Source of the DNA: an uncultured Acidobacteriota bacterium
GTDB lineage: Bacteria > Acidobacteriota > UBA6911
Length of the DNA: 64,000 nucleotides
Reading direction: 5' to 3'
Assembly: GCA_963843575.1 (NCBI GenBank)
Contig: CAWJKZ010000019.1
Location: forward strand, 352,001-416,000
Shown in pieces: positions 54,188-64,000 of the stretch. Position 1 is the stretch's first letter, and every line of letters begins with the position of its first letter. The notes under the pieces were generated by a model. The model saw only the letters and a list, made by a program, of their open reading frames with translations. It was not told the DNA's origin and did not search any database. Made by a program: the position numbers and the translations under genes.

Positions 54188-56581
54188 ATGTTCAAGAGAT
54201 TCCCGGGCGACGACGTTGCACGACTTGGCCGGAGGGATGTGCTGAAGGGGGCGGGCTTCGCGCTGGCCGCCATGACCGGTTTCCCCGCATCGTTTCACGC
54301 CGCGCCCGGACAGGGCGCGGTCCAGGGCGCACCCGATTCGCCCCTCGTGTTTCCCAGACCGCGGGAAACGAAGATGGGCGAAGGGGAGTTCGTCCTGGAC
54401 GGGCAGACGTCCCTGCTGCTCCCGACCACGCCTTCGCCGGGCGACCTTCAGCTTGCGCGGTGCCTCACCAGCGAGTTGAGCGACTGGTACGACCTCGTGC
54501 CCAGGACGCAACGAGTGCAAGGGGTGCCCGGGGCCGGGAAGTTCATCCTGATCGGCTCCGTCGACAACCCGCTCGTCCGGCAGCGCTGCGCGCGCCTGGG
54601 GCTGCCGCTGGACGCAAAGACTCCGGGGCCGGAGGGTTACCACCTCCGCGTGGACGCCGGCAGCATCCTCGTCGCCGGGAGCGACCCGCGCGGGGCCTTC
54701 TTCGGGCTCCAGTCGCTGCGGCAATTGATCCGGAAGGAAGGCGGGCAGGCACGAGTTCCCGCGGTGTATTTGCGGGACTGGCCCGACAAGACGTTCAGGG
54801 GCGTGAAGCTCTACGTGCCGGGTCGCACCCAGATCCCATTCTTCAAGCGGTTCATCCGGGATTTCATGGCCCTCTACAAGTACAACACCCTGATGATGGA
54901 AATGAACGCCTGCATGCGGCTGGACCGGCACCCGGAACTGAACGCCGGCTGGGTCGAAATGGGGCGCGACACCAACTTCAGCCGGAAGAACTATCCCCCC
55001 GGGGTGCCGCACGACATGGAATCGAACTCGTCGCACCACGACACGGCCGACGGCGGGTTCCTGGAAAAGGACGAGGTCGTCGACCTGGTGCGCTGGGTGG
55101 AGGACAACCACATCGAGGTCGTCCCGGAAGTCCCATCCCTGACCCACGCCTACTACCTGCTCTCCAGGCACCGCGAGCTGTCCCAGGTCCCCGGCGTCAA
55201 ATGGCCCGACACCTATTGCGCGTGCGATCCCAGGAGCTACCAACTGCTGTTCGAGGTCATGGACGAGTACATCGAGGTGATGAAACCCAAAATGGTCCAC
55301 GCGGGCCACGACGAGTGGTTCGCGCCCTTCGGCCTGGGACCGTGCTGCAAGGAGCGGAATTTCGGCGAGGTGTACGGCGAAGACATCGCGAAGGTGCATG
55401 CCTACCTGGCGAAAAAAGGCATCCGGATGGCGATTTGGGGGGACTACCTGCTCGAAAAGGTCCGGGGCAAGGGGATGCAGAAACGCTCCGCGCCCGACGG
55501 GTTCAAGTACGAGGCCCCGGGGGCGATGACGCCGGAGCAGGTCCGGAAGCTCGTACCCAAGGACATCCTCATCTTCAACTGGTTCTGGAACGAGGGGGAA
55601 GGGGGCGAAACCACCGAGGCGCAACTCGACGAATTCGGATTCCGCCAGATCTACGGGAACATGACCCCCTTCATAGAGAGGTACCGGGAACGGAGCAAGA
55701 GGCCCACGATCACGGGCGGCGCCCCTTCGTCGTGGGCGGCGACGACCGAGTACAACATGTGCAAGGACATGCTGCGCGACGTCATCGGGTGCAGCAGCCT
55801 GCTCTGGTCCAAAGAACCGATAGAAAGCACGGAACTGTCCCGGATTACCCAGGCGCGCATGCCGGAAGCCCGGCCCCGGCTGACCGGGCAGGTTCCGCCG
55901 AGCGCTACGGGCGATCCCGTGCTCCCGATCGACATCTCGTCCAGCTTCAACGGGCCGCTGCGCGAACCCGGCCTCGACGTCGACCTCACCGGGCTGCGCA
56001 CCGGGAAAATCACCGCCGGCAACCTGGTGTTCGAACTGGCGCCAGCGCGCGACGGCCGCCAGGCCGTCGTGGTCGGGACCGAGGGGCAGAAACCCAACCC
56101 CCTGCCGCGCGAGGTCGGCGGGATCGGGATCGGCGTGGACGCGACCAGCCTCGTCTTCCTCCATGCCTGCGCCATCCCGGCGACCAACAAGGAAGCGTAC
56201 CGCTTGATCTGGGACTTCCCGGACTCGGCCGACCTCCTCGGGTGGTATGAAGTCGTCTACGAGGACGGGCTCCCCGAGGTGATCCCGATCCGCTACGGGA
56301 TCAATGTCCTGGAGTGGAACTGGGGGACCTCGAAGTCGTCGGGTCACTACTGCTACGGCGCCGATCTCGTCGTCTGCGGGGAACACGAGAACAAACCGAT
56401 CACGTTCTTCGCCATGGAATGGACGAGCCCGCGGCTGGGCAAGGTCATCCGGGAGGTGCGGCTGAAGGGCTCGACCGGGTTCCGCGGCGCCGTCCCCGGT
56501 TTCGAAAACTCCTTCGGCGACGTGATCCCGAACAATGCGGTCATTTTGAAGGCGATCAGCTGCACGCGCGCGAGAACCTGA
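54188..56581 (+). CDS. Tat-exported GH20-family protein, subtype 2
   Basis: GRRDVLK Tat motif; FRGVKLY.PG, PSLTHAYY, HAGHDE; paralogue of 42910-45027. Confidence 0.87.
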   Translation: MFKRFPGDDVARLGRRDVLKGAGFALAAMTGFPASFHAAPGQGAVQGAPDSPLVFPRPRETKMGEGEFVLDGQTSLLLPTTPSPGDLQLARCLTSELSDWYDLVPRTQRVQGVPGAGKFILIGSVDNPLVRQRCARLGLPLDAKTPGPEGYHLRVDAGSILVAGSDPRGAFFGLQSLRQLIRKEGGQARVPAVYLRDWPDKTFRGVKLYVPGRTQIPFFKRFIRDFMALYKYNTLMMEMNACMRLDRHPELNAGWVEMGRDTNFSRKNYPPGVPHDMESNSSHHDTADGGFLEKDEVVDLVRWVEDNHIEVVPEVPSLTHAYYLLSRHRELSQVPGVKWPDTYCACDPRSYQLLFEVMDEYIEVMKPKMVHAGHDEWFAPFGLGPCCKERNFGEVYGEDIAKVHAYLAKKGIRMAIWGDYLLEKVRGKGMQKRSAPDGFKYEAPGAMTPEQVRKLVPKDILIFNWFWNEGEGGETTEAQLDEFGFRQIYGNMTPFIERYRERSKRPTITGGAPSSWAATTEYNMCKDMLRDVIGCSSLLWSKEPIESTELSRITQARMPEARPRLTGQVPPSATGDPVLPIDISSSFNGPLREPGLDVDLTGLRTGKITAGNLVFELAPARDGRQAVVVGTEGQKPNPLPREVGGIGIGVDATSLVFLHACAIPATNKEAYRLIWDFPDSADLLGWYEVVYEDGLPEVIPIRYGINVLEWNWGTSKSSGHYCYGADLVVCGEHENKPITFFAMEWTSPRLGKVIREVRLKGSTGFRGAVPGFENSFGDVIPNNAVILKAISCTRART

Positions 56582-56616
56582 GGTTCGAGACTCGAACGTC
56601 CCAGTGGAGGTATGCG

Positions 56617-57762
56617 ATGGAGACCCGTCAAGCAGTCGCCGTGGGCGATGCCCCGGCTAACGCTAAGCCAAAGCCGGCGACGGCCCGGCTGGTTTCACTG
56701 GACGCATTCCGCGGCTTCATCATGTTCTGGATCGTGGGCGGAGGCGCCGTCGCGGTCGGTTTGCAGGCCCTGGGCCACAACCCCGTCAGCGACACCATCG
56801 TCTATCAGCTGAATCACAGCGCGTGGGAAGGGCTGAGGTTTTACGACTGCATCTGGCCCTCCTTCATGCTGATGGTGGGGATCTCGATACCCTTCTCCTA
56901 TGCCAAGCGCTCCCTCACCCAGACTCATAGCCAGATGTTCTGGCACGCCTTTCGGCGCTTCCTGATCCTCATGCTGCTGGGGGGAATCCGCGAGTCGGTC
57001 AGCCTGGGCTCGCCGCGCCTCATCGAACTGAGCAGCGCGCTGCAGCCCATCGCGGTCGCCTCGCTGGCCGCGTTCCTGCTGGTGCGCCGATCGTGGAAAT
57101 TCCAGGCGCTGGTCGGAGCGTCGATACTCGTCGGGTACATGCTGCTCCTGGCCCTCGTCCCGGTCCCCGGAGTCGGGGCGGTTTCCTACCAGCACGGCGC
57201 CAACCTCGTGTACGCGGTCGACAAGGCCCTGCTGCCGCACCGGGTCGTAGAGGCGGTGTTTCAGGAGGGCTGGGGAACCATCATCTGCACGATACCCACC
57301 ATCGCCACCACCATCCTTGGCCTTCTGTTCGGCAGCCTGCTGAGAAGCGGGCTGACGGCCGGGAGGAAAATGGCCGTCATCGCCGGGACCGGGGTCGGCG
57401 GCCTCGTCGTCGGCTACACCTTGTCCTTCTTCGTTCCCATCGTCATGAAGATGTGGACGACCTCCTACGGGGTCTTGTCCGCCAGCTGGTCGGCCCTCAT
57501 GTTCCTGCTGTTCTACTGGGTCGTCGACGTCCTCGGGTACAGGAAATGGGCGTTCGTGTTCGTCGTCATCGGGATGAACGCACTGGCCGTCTACCTGTGC
57601 AACACGGTCACCCGCCTGAACGAAATCGTCGCCATATTCACCCGTGGACCGGCTGCCGCGATGGGCTCCATCGGCCCGCTGTTCGCGGCACTGGCCTTTT
57701 TCGCCGTCGAGTGGGGCATCCTGTACTGGATGTACAAGCGGAGAATCTTCCTCAGCGCCTGA
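56617..57762 (+). CDS. HGSNAT/NagX-like membrane N-acetyltransferase
   Basis: [25 protein letters not shown]...VG, K.WT.SY, GMNAL. Confidence 0.85.
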   Translation: METRQAVAVGDAPANAKPKPATARLVSLDAFRGFIMFWIVGGGAVAVGLQALGHNPVSDTIVYQLNHSAWEGLRFYDCIWPSFMLMVGISIPFSYAKRSLTQTHSQMFWHAFRRFLILMLLGGIRESVSLGSPRLIELSSALQPIAVASLAAFLLVRRSWKFQALVGASILVGYMLLLALVPVPGVGAVSYQHGANLVYAVDKALLPHRVVEAVFQEGWGTIICTIPTIATTILGLLFGSLLRSGLTAGRKMAVIAGTGVGGLVVGYTLSFFVPIVMKMWTTSYGVLSASWSALMFLLFYWVVDVLGYRKWAFVFVVIGMNALAVYLCNTVTRLNEIVAIFTRGPAAAMGSIGPLFAALAFFAVEWGILYWMYKRRIFLSA

Positions 57763-57784
57763 GAGACGGCCAACGGCGGTGCAC

Positions 57785-58419
57785 ATGTCTGCGAGAAAAA
57801 CGAAGCTCGCGATCGCGGCTGCATTCCTGGTCTGCTCTGCCCTGGGCTCCGGGATGGACGAATCGGGTCCGTCCCGCGCTCAGGATCTGGCCATGACGCC
57901 CCCGATGGGGTGGAACAGCTGGAATCCATTCGGAAAGAACGTCAGCGAGGCGGTCATCAAAGAGACCGCGGACGCGCTGGTGACCTCCGGCCTCAAAGAC
58001 GCCGGTTTCTCCTACGTCGTCATCGACGATCTCTGGCACGGCGGCAGGGATTCCCAGGGGAGGCTCTTCCCCGATCCGTGCGCAAGATGAACGAGGCGAC
58101 CAGGACCATCCTGCTGAACAAGGACATTATCGGGATCGACCAGGACGCGCTGGGGAAACAGGGCTTTCGTGTGATGAGACGCGACGCCGTCGAAGCGTGG
58201 AAGAAACCGCTTTCCGGCGGCCGGGTCGCGATTGCCCTGCTGAACAGGGATTCCGGCGACAGGTCTGCTGCCGCTTCCTGGAAAGAGCTGGAGTTGGTTC
58301 CCGGGACGAGATACACGGTCTACGACGTGTGGGGCCACACATCCCTGGGCCCGTCCTCGGGACCGATTTCGGCGGAACTGAAGCCGCACGAGACCAGGGT
58401 CTTCGTACTCACCCCGTGA
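57785..58419 (+). pseudogene. GH27 alpha-galactosidase with large internal deletion
   Basis: [26 protein letters not shown] joined out of frame near 58078 to VRKMN..ILLNKDII.IDQD.LGKQG and the C-terminal beta domain. Confidence 0.8.
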
Positions 58420-58447
58420 AGGGGAAAGTAGCAACAGAGAAGCACAG

Positions 58448-58486
58448 TGGGACGCGGATAAACGCTGTTGATCCGCGTCCCATTTT
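58448..58486. terminator. Family C hairpin acting as likely terminator
   Basis: TGGGACGCGGAT/ATCCGCGTCCCA perfect stem plus TTTT between convergent genes. Confidence 0.65.
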
Positions 58487-58498
58487 CCTGCCGGTTCG

Positions 58499-59738
58499 TC
58501 AGCCTCGCAGTCTGCCCACGGCATCCGCAATAGCCGCGCAGATGTACTCGTTGTCCGCGTCGGACATCAGCGGGTGCAGCGGCGGGTTGAAGAGGCGCGC
58601 CGCCGAGTTCCTCGGCCTTCGGGCAGGCTTGTCCGAGGGTCATGCGGCGCAGGAACGAATCGGTCTGGTACACCGGCGGGTTGGCGACCACCGTGTCCAC
58701 GCCGTACTCCTTCTTGAGCAGCGCCATGAGCGCATCGCGCTTCGCGCCGGCCCACTCGCGCGGGACGAGCACGTTGTACAGGTAGTAGACGGGCTCGCAC
58801 TCCGGCGTGACACGGGCGAGCGTCAGCTCCGGCACCTGGCTCAGCATTTCGGTGCGCTTGTTCGCGAGGGCGACGCGCGGGGCGATCATCTAGTCCAGCC
58901 GCCGCAACTGCACCAGTCCCACGGCGGCCTGGATCTTGGTCATCTTGTAGTTGGAGCCCCAGCCCATGTCGCCGGTCCCCTTCTTGCCGCGCGCGACCTC
59001 GAGGTCGTCCGAGACGGCGATGCCCCACTGCCGGATCGCCCGCAGCCGCAGCATGAGGTCGGGGTCGTCGGTGGTGATCATCCCGCCCTCGCCGAGGGTG
59101 GTCATCATCTTCATCGTGTGCAGGCTGAAGACGGTCATCCACGCCTGTTTGCCGATCTTGGCGCCCTGGTAGGCGCCGCCCAGCGCTCTGGCGGCGTCGC
59201 CGATGACTCTCAGCGGTCCGTGTTTGGGGTGGGGATGCCGCTGGGCGATCTCCAGGTACTCGTCCATGGGCGCCGAGAGGCCGTTCATGTGCGTCACCAG
59301 GATGGCCCGCGTCCGCGGGGTGATCTTGGCTTCGACGTCGGCCGGGTCGGCGTTGAGGCTCTCGTCCGAGTCGCACAGGACCAGCTTGGCGCCGGCACCG
59401 AGAACGGCGTAGGGAGCCGCCCGGAAGTTCATCGCCGGCACGATCACCTCGTCCTGCGGCTCCAGGTCCAGCGCCCGGACGGCCGCGTCGAGGCCCGTGC
59501 CCGCCGACGTCACGGACAGAGCGTACCGAGCCCCGATGTACTCGGCGAACTTCTGCTCGAGTTCCAGGATTTCGTCGCAGAAGAAACCGAAACCGACGTC
59601 CGGGTCCATGCAGGCGCGGATTGCCTTGACCGCGGCCTCGATCTCCTCCTCGGTGTACCAGCCGCCCAGCATGGGCTCCGCCTGCCACTCACGGCTCAAT
59701 CGGCGCGCCAGCACTTTCTGTTGTTTTGCCTGATCCAT
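58499..59738 (-). pseudogene. DegT-family aminotransferase with in-frame TAG and late frameshift (as given)
   Basis: DEVIVP, DAA.A.G, FSLHTMKMMTTLGEGG, SNYKMT..QAA.G..QL; TAG at 58890-58892; shift near 58600. Confidence 0.8.
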
Positions 59739-60067
59739 GCAATGACCTCCCCAAAATTCGTCAAGAGCCGTATAAGTACACCGGAGGCGCAGTGCGGCAC
59801 ACCACGAAGCCTCCGCCTAGGTTTCTTGCCCGGAACCGGACACACCCTATAGCACGGCGGCATCCCAATTGCCAACAGGCAAAGTGAAGGGTACGGCAAC
59901 CGGCCCCGACCTGTCGCGAATGCCTCTGATTTTACCCCGCGTGGACCTGCGTCAATCCGCGTCCGAAAGGGGCTTCTCATGTTAGAGTCTGACTTCCGCC
60001 GAGTCGCCGCAACAGGAGTTGCGCCGCGCGGGCGCGGAGCTTCGTTCACCACCCTGGAGGATGCGGC

Positions 60068-61067
60068 ATGCGGATCCGCAACGTCGTTCTCACAATCGCC
60101 CTGTTGGCCGGCGCGGCCCCGGTGCAGACGGCCCAGCGCGAAGCTCCGAAACAACCCGGGCTGCACAGCCTGTATGGCATCGACGTTATTCCCGAGCCGC
60201 AGGTCGTGCGCACTGGCGATGGGGAGTTCGTGATCGACAGCGCGACGCTCGTCTACGCAGATCCGCAGCTTCGGGATCCCTCCCCCGCGGACAGCCTCCA
60301 GGAAGGCCTCGCCCAGGCCCTGCAGCTCCGGGTGCCGAAGACCGGCTCCCTGCGCCCGGCCAATGTCGTCGCGCTGAAGCTCGTCCCCGAATCGGATTTG
60401 AGGGAAGTTCCCGATGGAAGCGTGAGGAAGGAAGCCTACTCCCTCGAAGTCACCCGGTCCCAGATCACCATCGGGGCCACGGATGCGGCCGGGCTCCTCT
60501 ACGGCGTCCAGACCCTGGTGCAGCTGGCCGAGCAGGGGCGGGGCCGCGTCCGCGGGCTGAAGATCGTCGATTGGCCCGACATGAGCTTCCGCGCCGTCCA
60601 CGTCGACTTGTGGTTTCACCTCGACCGGGAACAGGTATAACCTCGAGGTGCTCCTCCTCTGCGCCCGGACGATGCTCCACTTCACGGATCTGGTTCTGCG
60701 CGTCGGCGAGATCAACGACAACCTGCTGGCCGCCGACGCCGACCACCGGAAGGGAGACGACCAGGCCGCCATCACCCGCTACCAGCGGATCGGCCGGATT
60801 GTAGACGACCTCCGGTACGAAAAGTCCCTGGTGTTCGACGAGACGGTCCGGGTCTGGGAAAAATCGACCTTCCCGAAGGACTTCCGCCATGTCCCGGGGG
60901 GCAGGGAGAAATTCGTGCACCAGATCGATCGCGATTTCTATTGCGGCAACAAGACGATGGACCTGAGCTACATCTTCGAGGTCGAGGAACAGCTCGGCCT
61001 CTTCTCCTTCCAGCAGAAACTCTATCGCGTCACCGTAAACATCCTGCGCGGCCGCACGCCATGGTAG
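60068..61067 (+). pseudogene. GH20-like gene lacking its catalytic barrel
   Basis: Signal peptide plus GH20 domain 2 up to DWPDM.FRAVHVD, then an out-of-frame helical C-terminal segment; no HxGxDE. Confidence 0.65.
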
Positions 61068-61189
61068 GGGACGGACCAGGAGAAGTAATTACCCCTCAAT
61101 GAGATGGCGCCAAAACAAGGACGAAAATGCCCCTTATTTCGCGTTTTTGGGGCCATTTTCTGCGATTAAGACCGGTTTGAGTTGAAGGC

Positions 61190-62533
61190 TCAAACCCCGT
61201 TGTCGAGGGCGAAGTAGGGTTTTCGTGTGCTCCACCGGCCCTTGGTGAAGTCGGGGCACTTGACCGGCATGCTCCCCTTGGCGAGCGATTCCTCGGACAG
61301 GGGGATCACGACGCTCATCGTCACCGAGTCGTAGATGTCGATGGGGGTGGGGGTCTTGTGCCGGACCGCTCTGAAGAACTCCTGCAACTCGATGAAGTCC
61401 GGCTCTCCGTGGCCGAACACGCCGCGCGCCTTCCTCTGCTCCGGGTCTCCCAGGCCCTTGTACAGCCTGTGCTCGTACTTCTTCTCGTAAGGCTGCAGAG
61501 GCTCCCAGGTGTGCGCGTCGTTCCCTTTGGGCACGACGCCGTCCATGAAGACCGACCAGCGTTGCTCGTTGTAGAGTCCGCGGGTCCCCTCGATTTCCCA
61601 GCGGTTGTCGTAGGGGCGCGGGGTCTGCATGTCGTTGTTGATGACGATCGTGTTCCCCTTTTTCGTCTTGACGAGCGAGGTGACGATGTCCGACTGCATC
61701 ACCTTTCTCTTGGCCATCGGGTGGTCGGGGCCGAACTTGCGCCGGAAATGGTCGTTGATGCTGACGGAGCGATTGGCCATCGACACCAGGGTGTCGAACG
61801 CATCCCCGCAGTTGATGTCCATCCAGCTCAGCACCGGGCCCAGGCTGTGGGTGGGGTACTGGTCCGCGTTGCGCTTGAGCAGGTAGGCGCCGGTCCAGCG
61901 CGGCTCCCCGTCCTTGTCGAACCACCAGATGTCGGTGCAGTCGTGGGAGTGGGCGCAGTGGCAGTGGATGATTTCGCCGAAGAGCCCGGCGCGGATCATG
62001 TTGAGCACCACCAGGTTCTCCCCGCGGAAGCTCCAGTTCTCGAGCATCATGCAGGGCACCCCAGTCTGCTCCTGGGTGTCGACGAGCTGCCACAGGTCAT
62101 CCATCGTGATGCCGATGGGGACCTCGACCCCGGCGTACTTCCCGGTTTTCATGGCGTGGACCGCCATCGGTGTGTGCCATTCCCAGTAGGTCGCGATGAC
62201 TATCGCGTCCAGATCCTCGCGGTCGATCAGGCGCTTGTAGTCGTGCTCGTCCTTTCCGTAACTCTCCGGCCGCTTCTGGCCGGCCTTCTCCACCATCTCG
62301 ACGGCGTGCTCGAGGTTCGGCTTCTGGATGTCGCAGACGGCGGGAACCTCGATCCCGGGCATGTGGAGCGCGATGTCCAGCAACCCGGATCCCCGATTCC
62401 CCACCCCGACAAAACCGACCCGTATTTTCCGCTCGTTTTGGCCTAAGAGGCCTGTTGGAGCGCCGAATGCGGAAACCATCGCCATTGCGCCACCGGCTTT
62501 CAAAAGGTCACGACGTGTTGTCCCAGGAGCCAT
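61190..62533 (-). CDS. GH109-like NAD-dependent alpha-N-acetylgalactosaminidase (Gfo/Idh/MocA), Tat-exported
   Basis: TRRDLLK; AT.W.WH, EVP, MMLEN, YPTH.LGP, INCGD.F..L.S, GHG..D, PDFT.G.W. Confidence 0.85.
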   Translation of the reverse strand: MAPGTTRRDLLKAGGAMAMVSAFGAPTGLLGQNERKIRVGFVGVGNRGSGLLDIALHMPGIEVPAVCDIQKPNLEHAVEMVEKAGQKRPESYGKDEHDYKRLIDREDLDAIVIATYWEWHTPMAVHAMKTGKYAGVEVPIGITMDDLWQLVDTQEQTGVPCMMLENWSFRGENLVVLNMIRAGLFGEIIHCHCAHSHDCTDIWWFDKDGEPRWTGAYLLKRNADQYPTHSLGPVLSWMDINCGDAFDTLVSMANRSVSINDHFRRKFGPDHPMAKRKVMQSDIVTSLVKTKKGNTIVINNDMQTPRPYDNRWEIEGTRGLYNEQRWSVFMDGVVPKGNDAHTWEPLQPYEKKYEHRLYKGLGDPEQRKARGVFGHGEPDFIELQEFFRAVRHKTPTPIDIYDSVTMSVVIPLSEESLAKGSMPVKCPDFTKGRWSTRKPYFALDNGV

Positions 62534-62648
62534 TCTATCCCTCCGATCTCTGCTGGGAATATACAAATCCCGCCTGACACACGCAACGTCTAGTTATAGA
62601 CTGCCCGGCATGGTTTCCCTGTGCCAAACCCCGAAAGGACGATGCCGC

Positions 62649-64000
62649 ATGCGGACCGCGAAGGTCGGATTCCTTGCATGGTTGACGATGTTGACAATTA
62701 TGGCCGTCGTACCGGCTGCTCCTCTCCCCGCAATGGCGACGGGCGAACGTGCGCTGCCCTATCGCTTCCTGCTGGTGATTTCCGACCAGTGGAACGACCC
62801 GGCCAGCTACCTGGTCGACGGCGGCGGCGAGTTCCAGGTGCTCGTTTCGCTGCTGAAGGCGTGGGGATTGCCGTTCGAGATTCTTCGGCTCGACCAGCAG
62901 AAGTTCGACCGCTATCACCTGCTGGACCGCGAGGGCCAGCCGCGCTACGGCACCATCATCTGGGACGCGGGGCCCGTCGGGTTGGAAGGCAAGGATCTGA
63001 GCCTCCTCCCCGTCCTGGTGAAGGAATTCGGCACCAGCCTCGTCGCCATCGGAGATTCGGTTTCGCTGCCGGAAATATCGGGTCTCGCCGGACTCGGCTA
63101 TGTCAGCGAGTATCGGTTGGGCGACCCGGTGACGTTCGCCGGCGACCACTTCATCACCCGGGGGCTCGCCGGGCGGGAAAAGGACTTCCTGGCCGGCACT
63201 GCGTGGGAAGTCCCCGGGAGCAAGGTGACGGTGGCGGGCGGCTCGGTGTGGGTGCGGCGCGCCCACCTTCCGTTCCTCGCCACGAAGGAGTATCCAGGGG
63301 CCGGGCGTGTCGTCTGGCTGGGAGCTCACCGCGCCACGGCCCAGATCGCAAACCAGCTGGTGCGCGATCTGCTCAAACGGAGCCTGGTGTGGGCGCAGGG
63401 GTACGCCCTTTACCAGGAGCACCAGAAGAGCGCGATGCTCTTCATGGACGACTTCGGCACCTCCGACCGGACCTACCTCCCCTACTGGCACTACCGGACG
63501 CTCAACGAGGGCGACATCCGCAAAGGGCTCATCGATCCCCTGAAGAAGCACAACGCCGTCCTGATGGAGGATGTGCTGACCGGCTACATCGACCGCAAGG
63601 GGAGGCGAATCGCAAACCCGTGGAAGCAGCAGGTGATCGACGAGATCGACGGCAAGACCCTTCACGACTACGTCTCCGCGAAGAGAGGCCTGGACGCGGG
63701 GCTGAAGGAGGGGGTGCTGGAAATCCAGTGCCACGGCTACACGCACATGCTCCCCGACCTGGATTCCCCTCCGGGGCCGTTCTGGACGGCGCCAATGGAC
63801 GGCACCGGGACGCTGGGCTTCGACGAGGAGTTCAGCGACCGCCTGCGCAACAGGGAAGTGCCGGCCATCACACAGCGGTACCTGCTGGAGCGAGGGCTGG
63901 AGTACATCGCGAAGGACTTCGGCGTCACACCGCTGTTTGTCATCAACGGCGGCAGCGGATGGTCCCGCTCCTACCCGAACAACAGCCCCCGGATCTCGGC
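62649..64000 (+). CDS. Secreted protein with CE4/DUF2334-like deacetylase domain (3' truncated; absent from the ORF track)
   Basis: My translation: MRTAKVGFLAWL..PYRFLLVISDQW..AMLFMDDFG..EIQCHGYTHM; frame appears open to the window end. Confidence 0.75.
   Translation, partial: MRTAKVGFLAWLTMLTIMAVVPAAPLPAMATGERALPYRFLLVISDQWNDPASYLVDGGGEFQVLVSLLKAWGLPFEILRLDQQKFDRYHLLDREGQPRYGTIIWDAGPVGLEGKDLSLLPVLVKEFGTSLVAIGDSVSLPEISGLAGLGYVSEYRLGDPVTFAGDHFITRGLAGREKDFLAGTAWEVPGSKVTVAGGSVWVRRAHLPFLATKEYPGAGRVVWLGAHRATAQIANQLVRDLLKRSLVWAQGYALYQEHQKSAMLFMDDFGTSDRTYLPYWHYRTLNEGDIRKGLIDPLKKHNAVLMEDVLTGYIDRKGRRIANPWKQQVIDEIDGKTLHDYVSAKRGLDAGLKEGVLEIQCHGYTHMLPDLDSPPGPFWTAPMDGTGTLGFDEEFSDRLRNREVPAITQRYLLERGLEYIAKDFGVTPLFVINGGSGWSRSYPNNSPRIS

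Noticed and set aside
58890-58892. In-frame TAG as possible pyrrolysine or readthrough
   Set aside because: Non-catalytic position, no pyl genes, TAG ends other genes here, and the same gene has a further frameshift

Overview
High-GC bacterial DNA. The gene content (Oar-like TonB receptor, CRTAC1/ASPIC-UnbV plus TPR pair, many Tat-exported Gfo/Idh/MocA proteins) suggests Acidobacteriota, which is an inference. Positions 1-30 kb are a mixed accessory region: PFK; an OsmC-like plus ferritin-like diiron pair divergent from a 1021-aa SARP/BTAD-ATPase regulator; CreD-like; HGSNAT/NagX-like; FAD oxidoreductase; a decayed USP-ABC1 kinase and esterase island; GH15; an SPFH/RHH operon with a phased operator; MOSC; deacetylase; creatininase; APC permease. 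Positions ~33.6-64 kb form a large amino-sugar utilisation locus: six GH20-fold genes of three subtypes, GH109, a deleted GH27, a TonB receptor, four further Gfo/Idh/MocA, a TIM isomerase, two DegT-family aminotransferases, a URO-D-fold protein lacking both HemE and MtaA motifs, a DMT transporter, a second HGSNAT-like gene and a CE4-like deacetylase. Four families of REP/MITE-like palindromes fill the intergenic spaces. Many single-base frameshifts at 30-42 kb look like sequencing insertion errors. No rRNA, tRNA, CRISPR array or transposase was seen. All functional calls are from motif recognition only; no searches were run.
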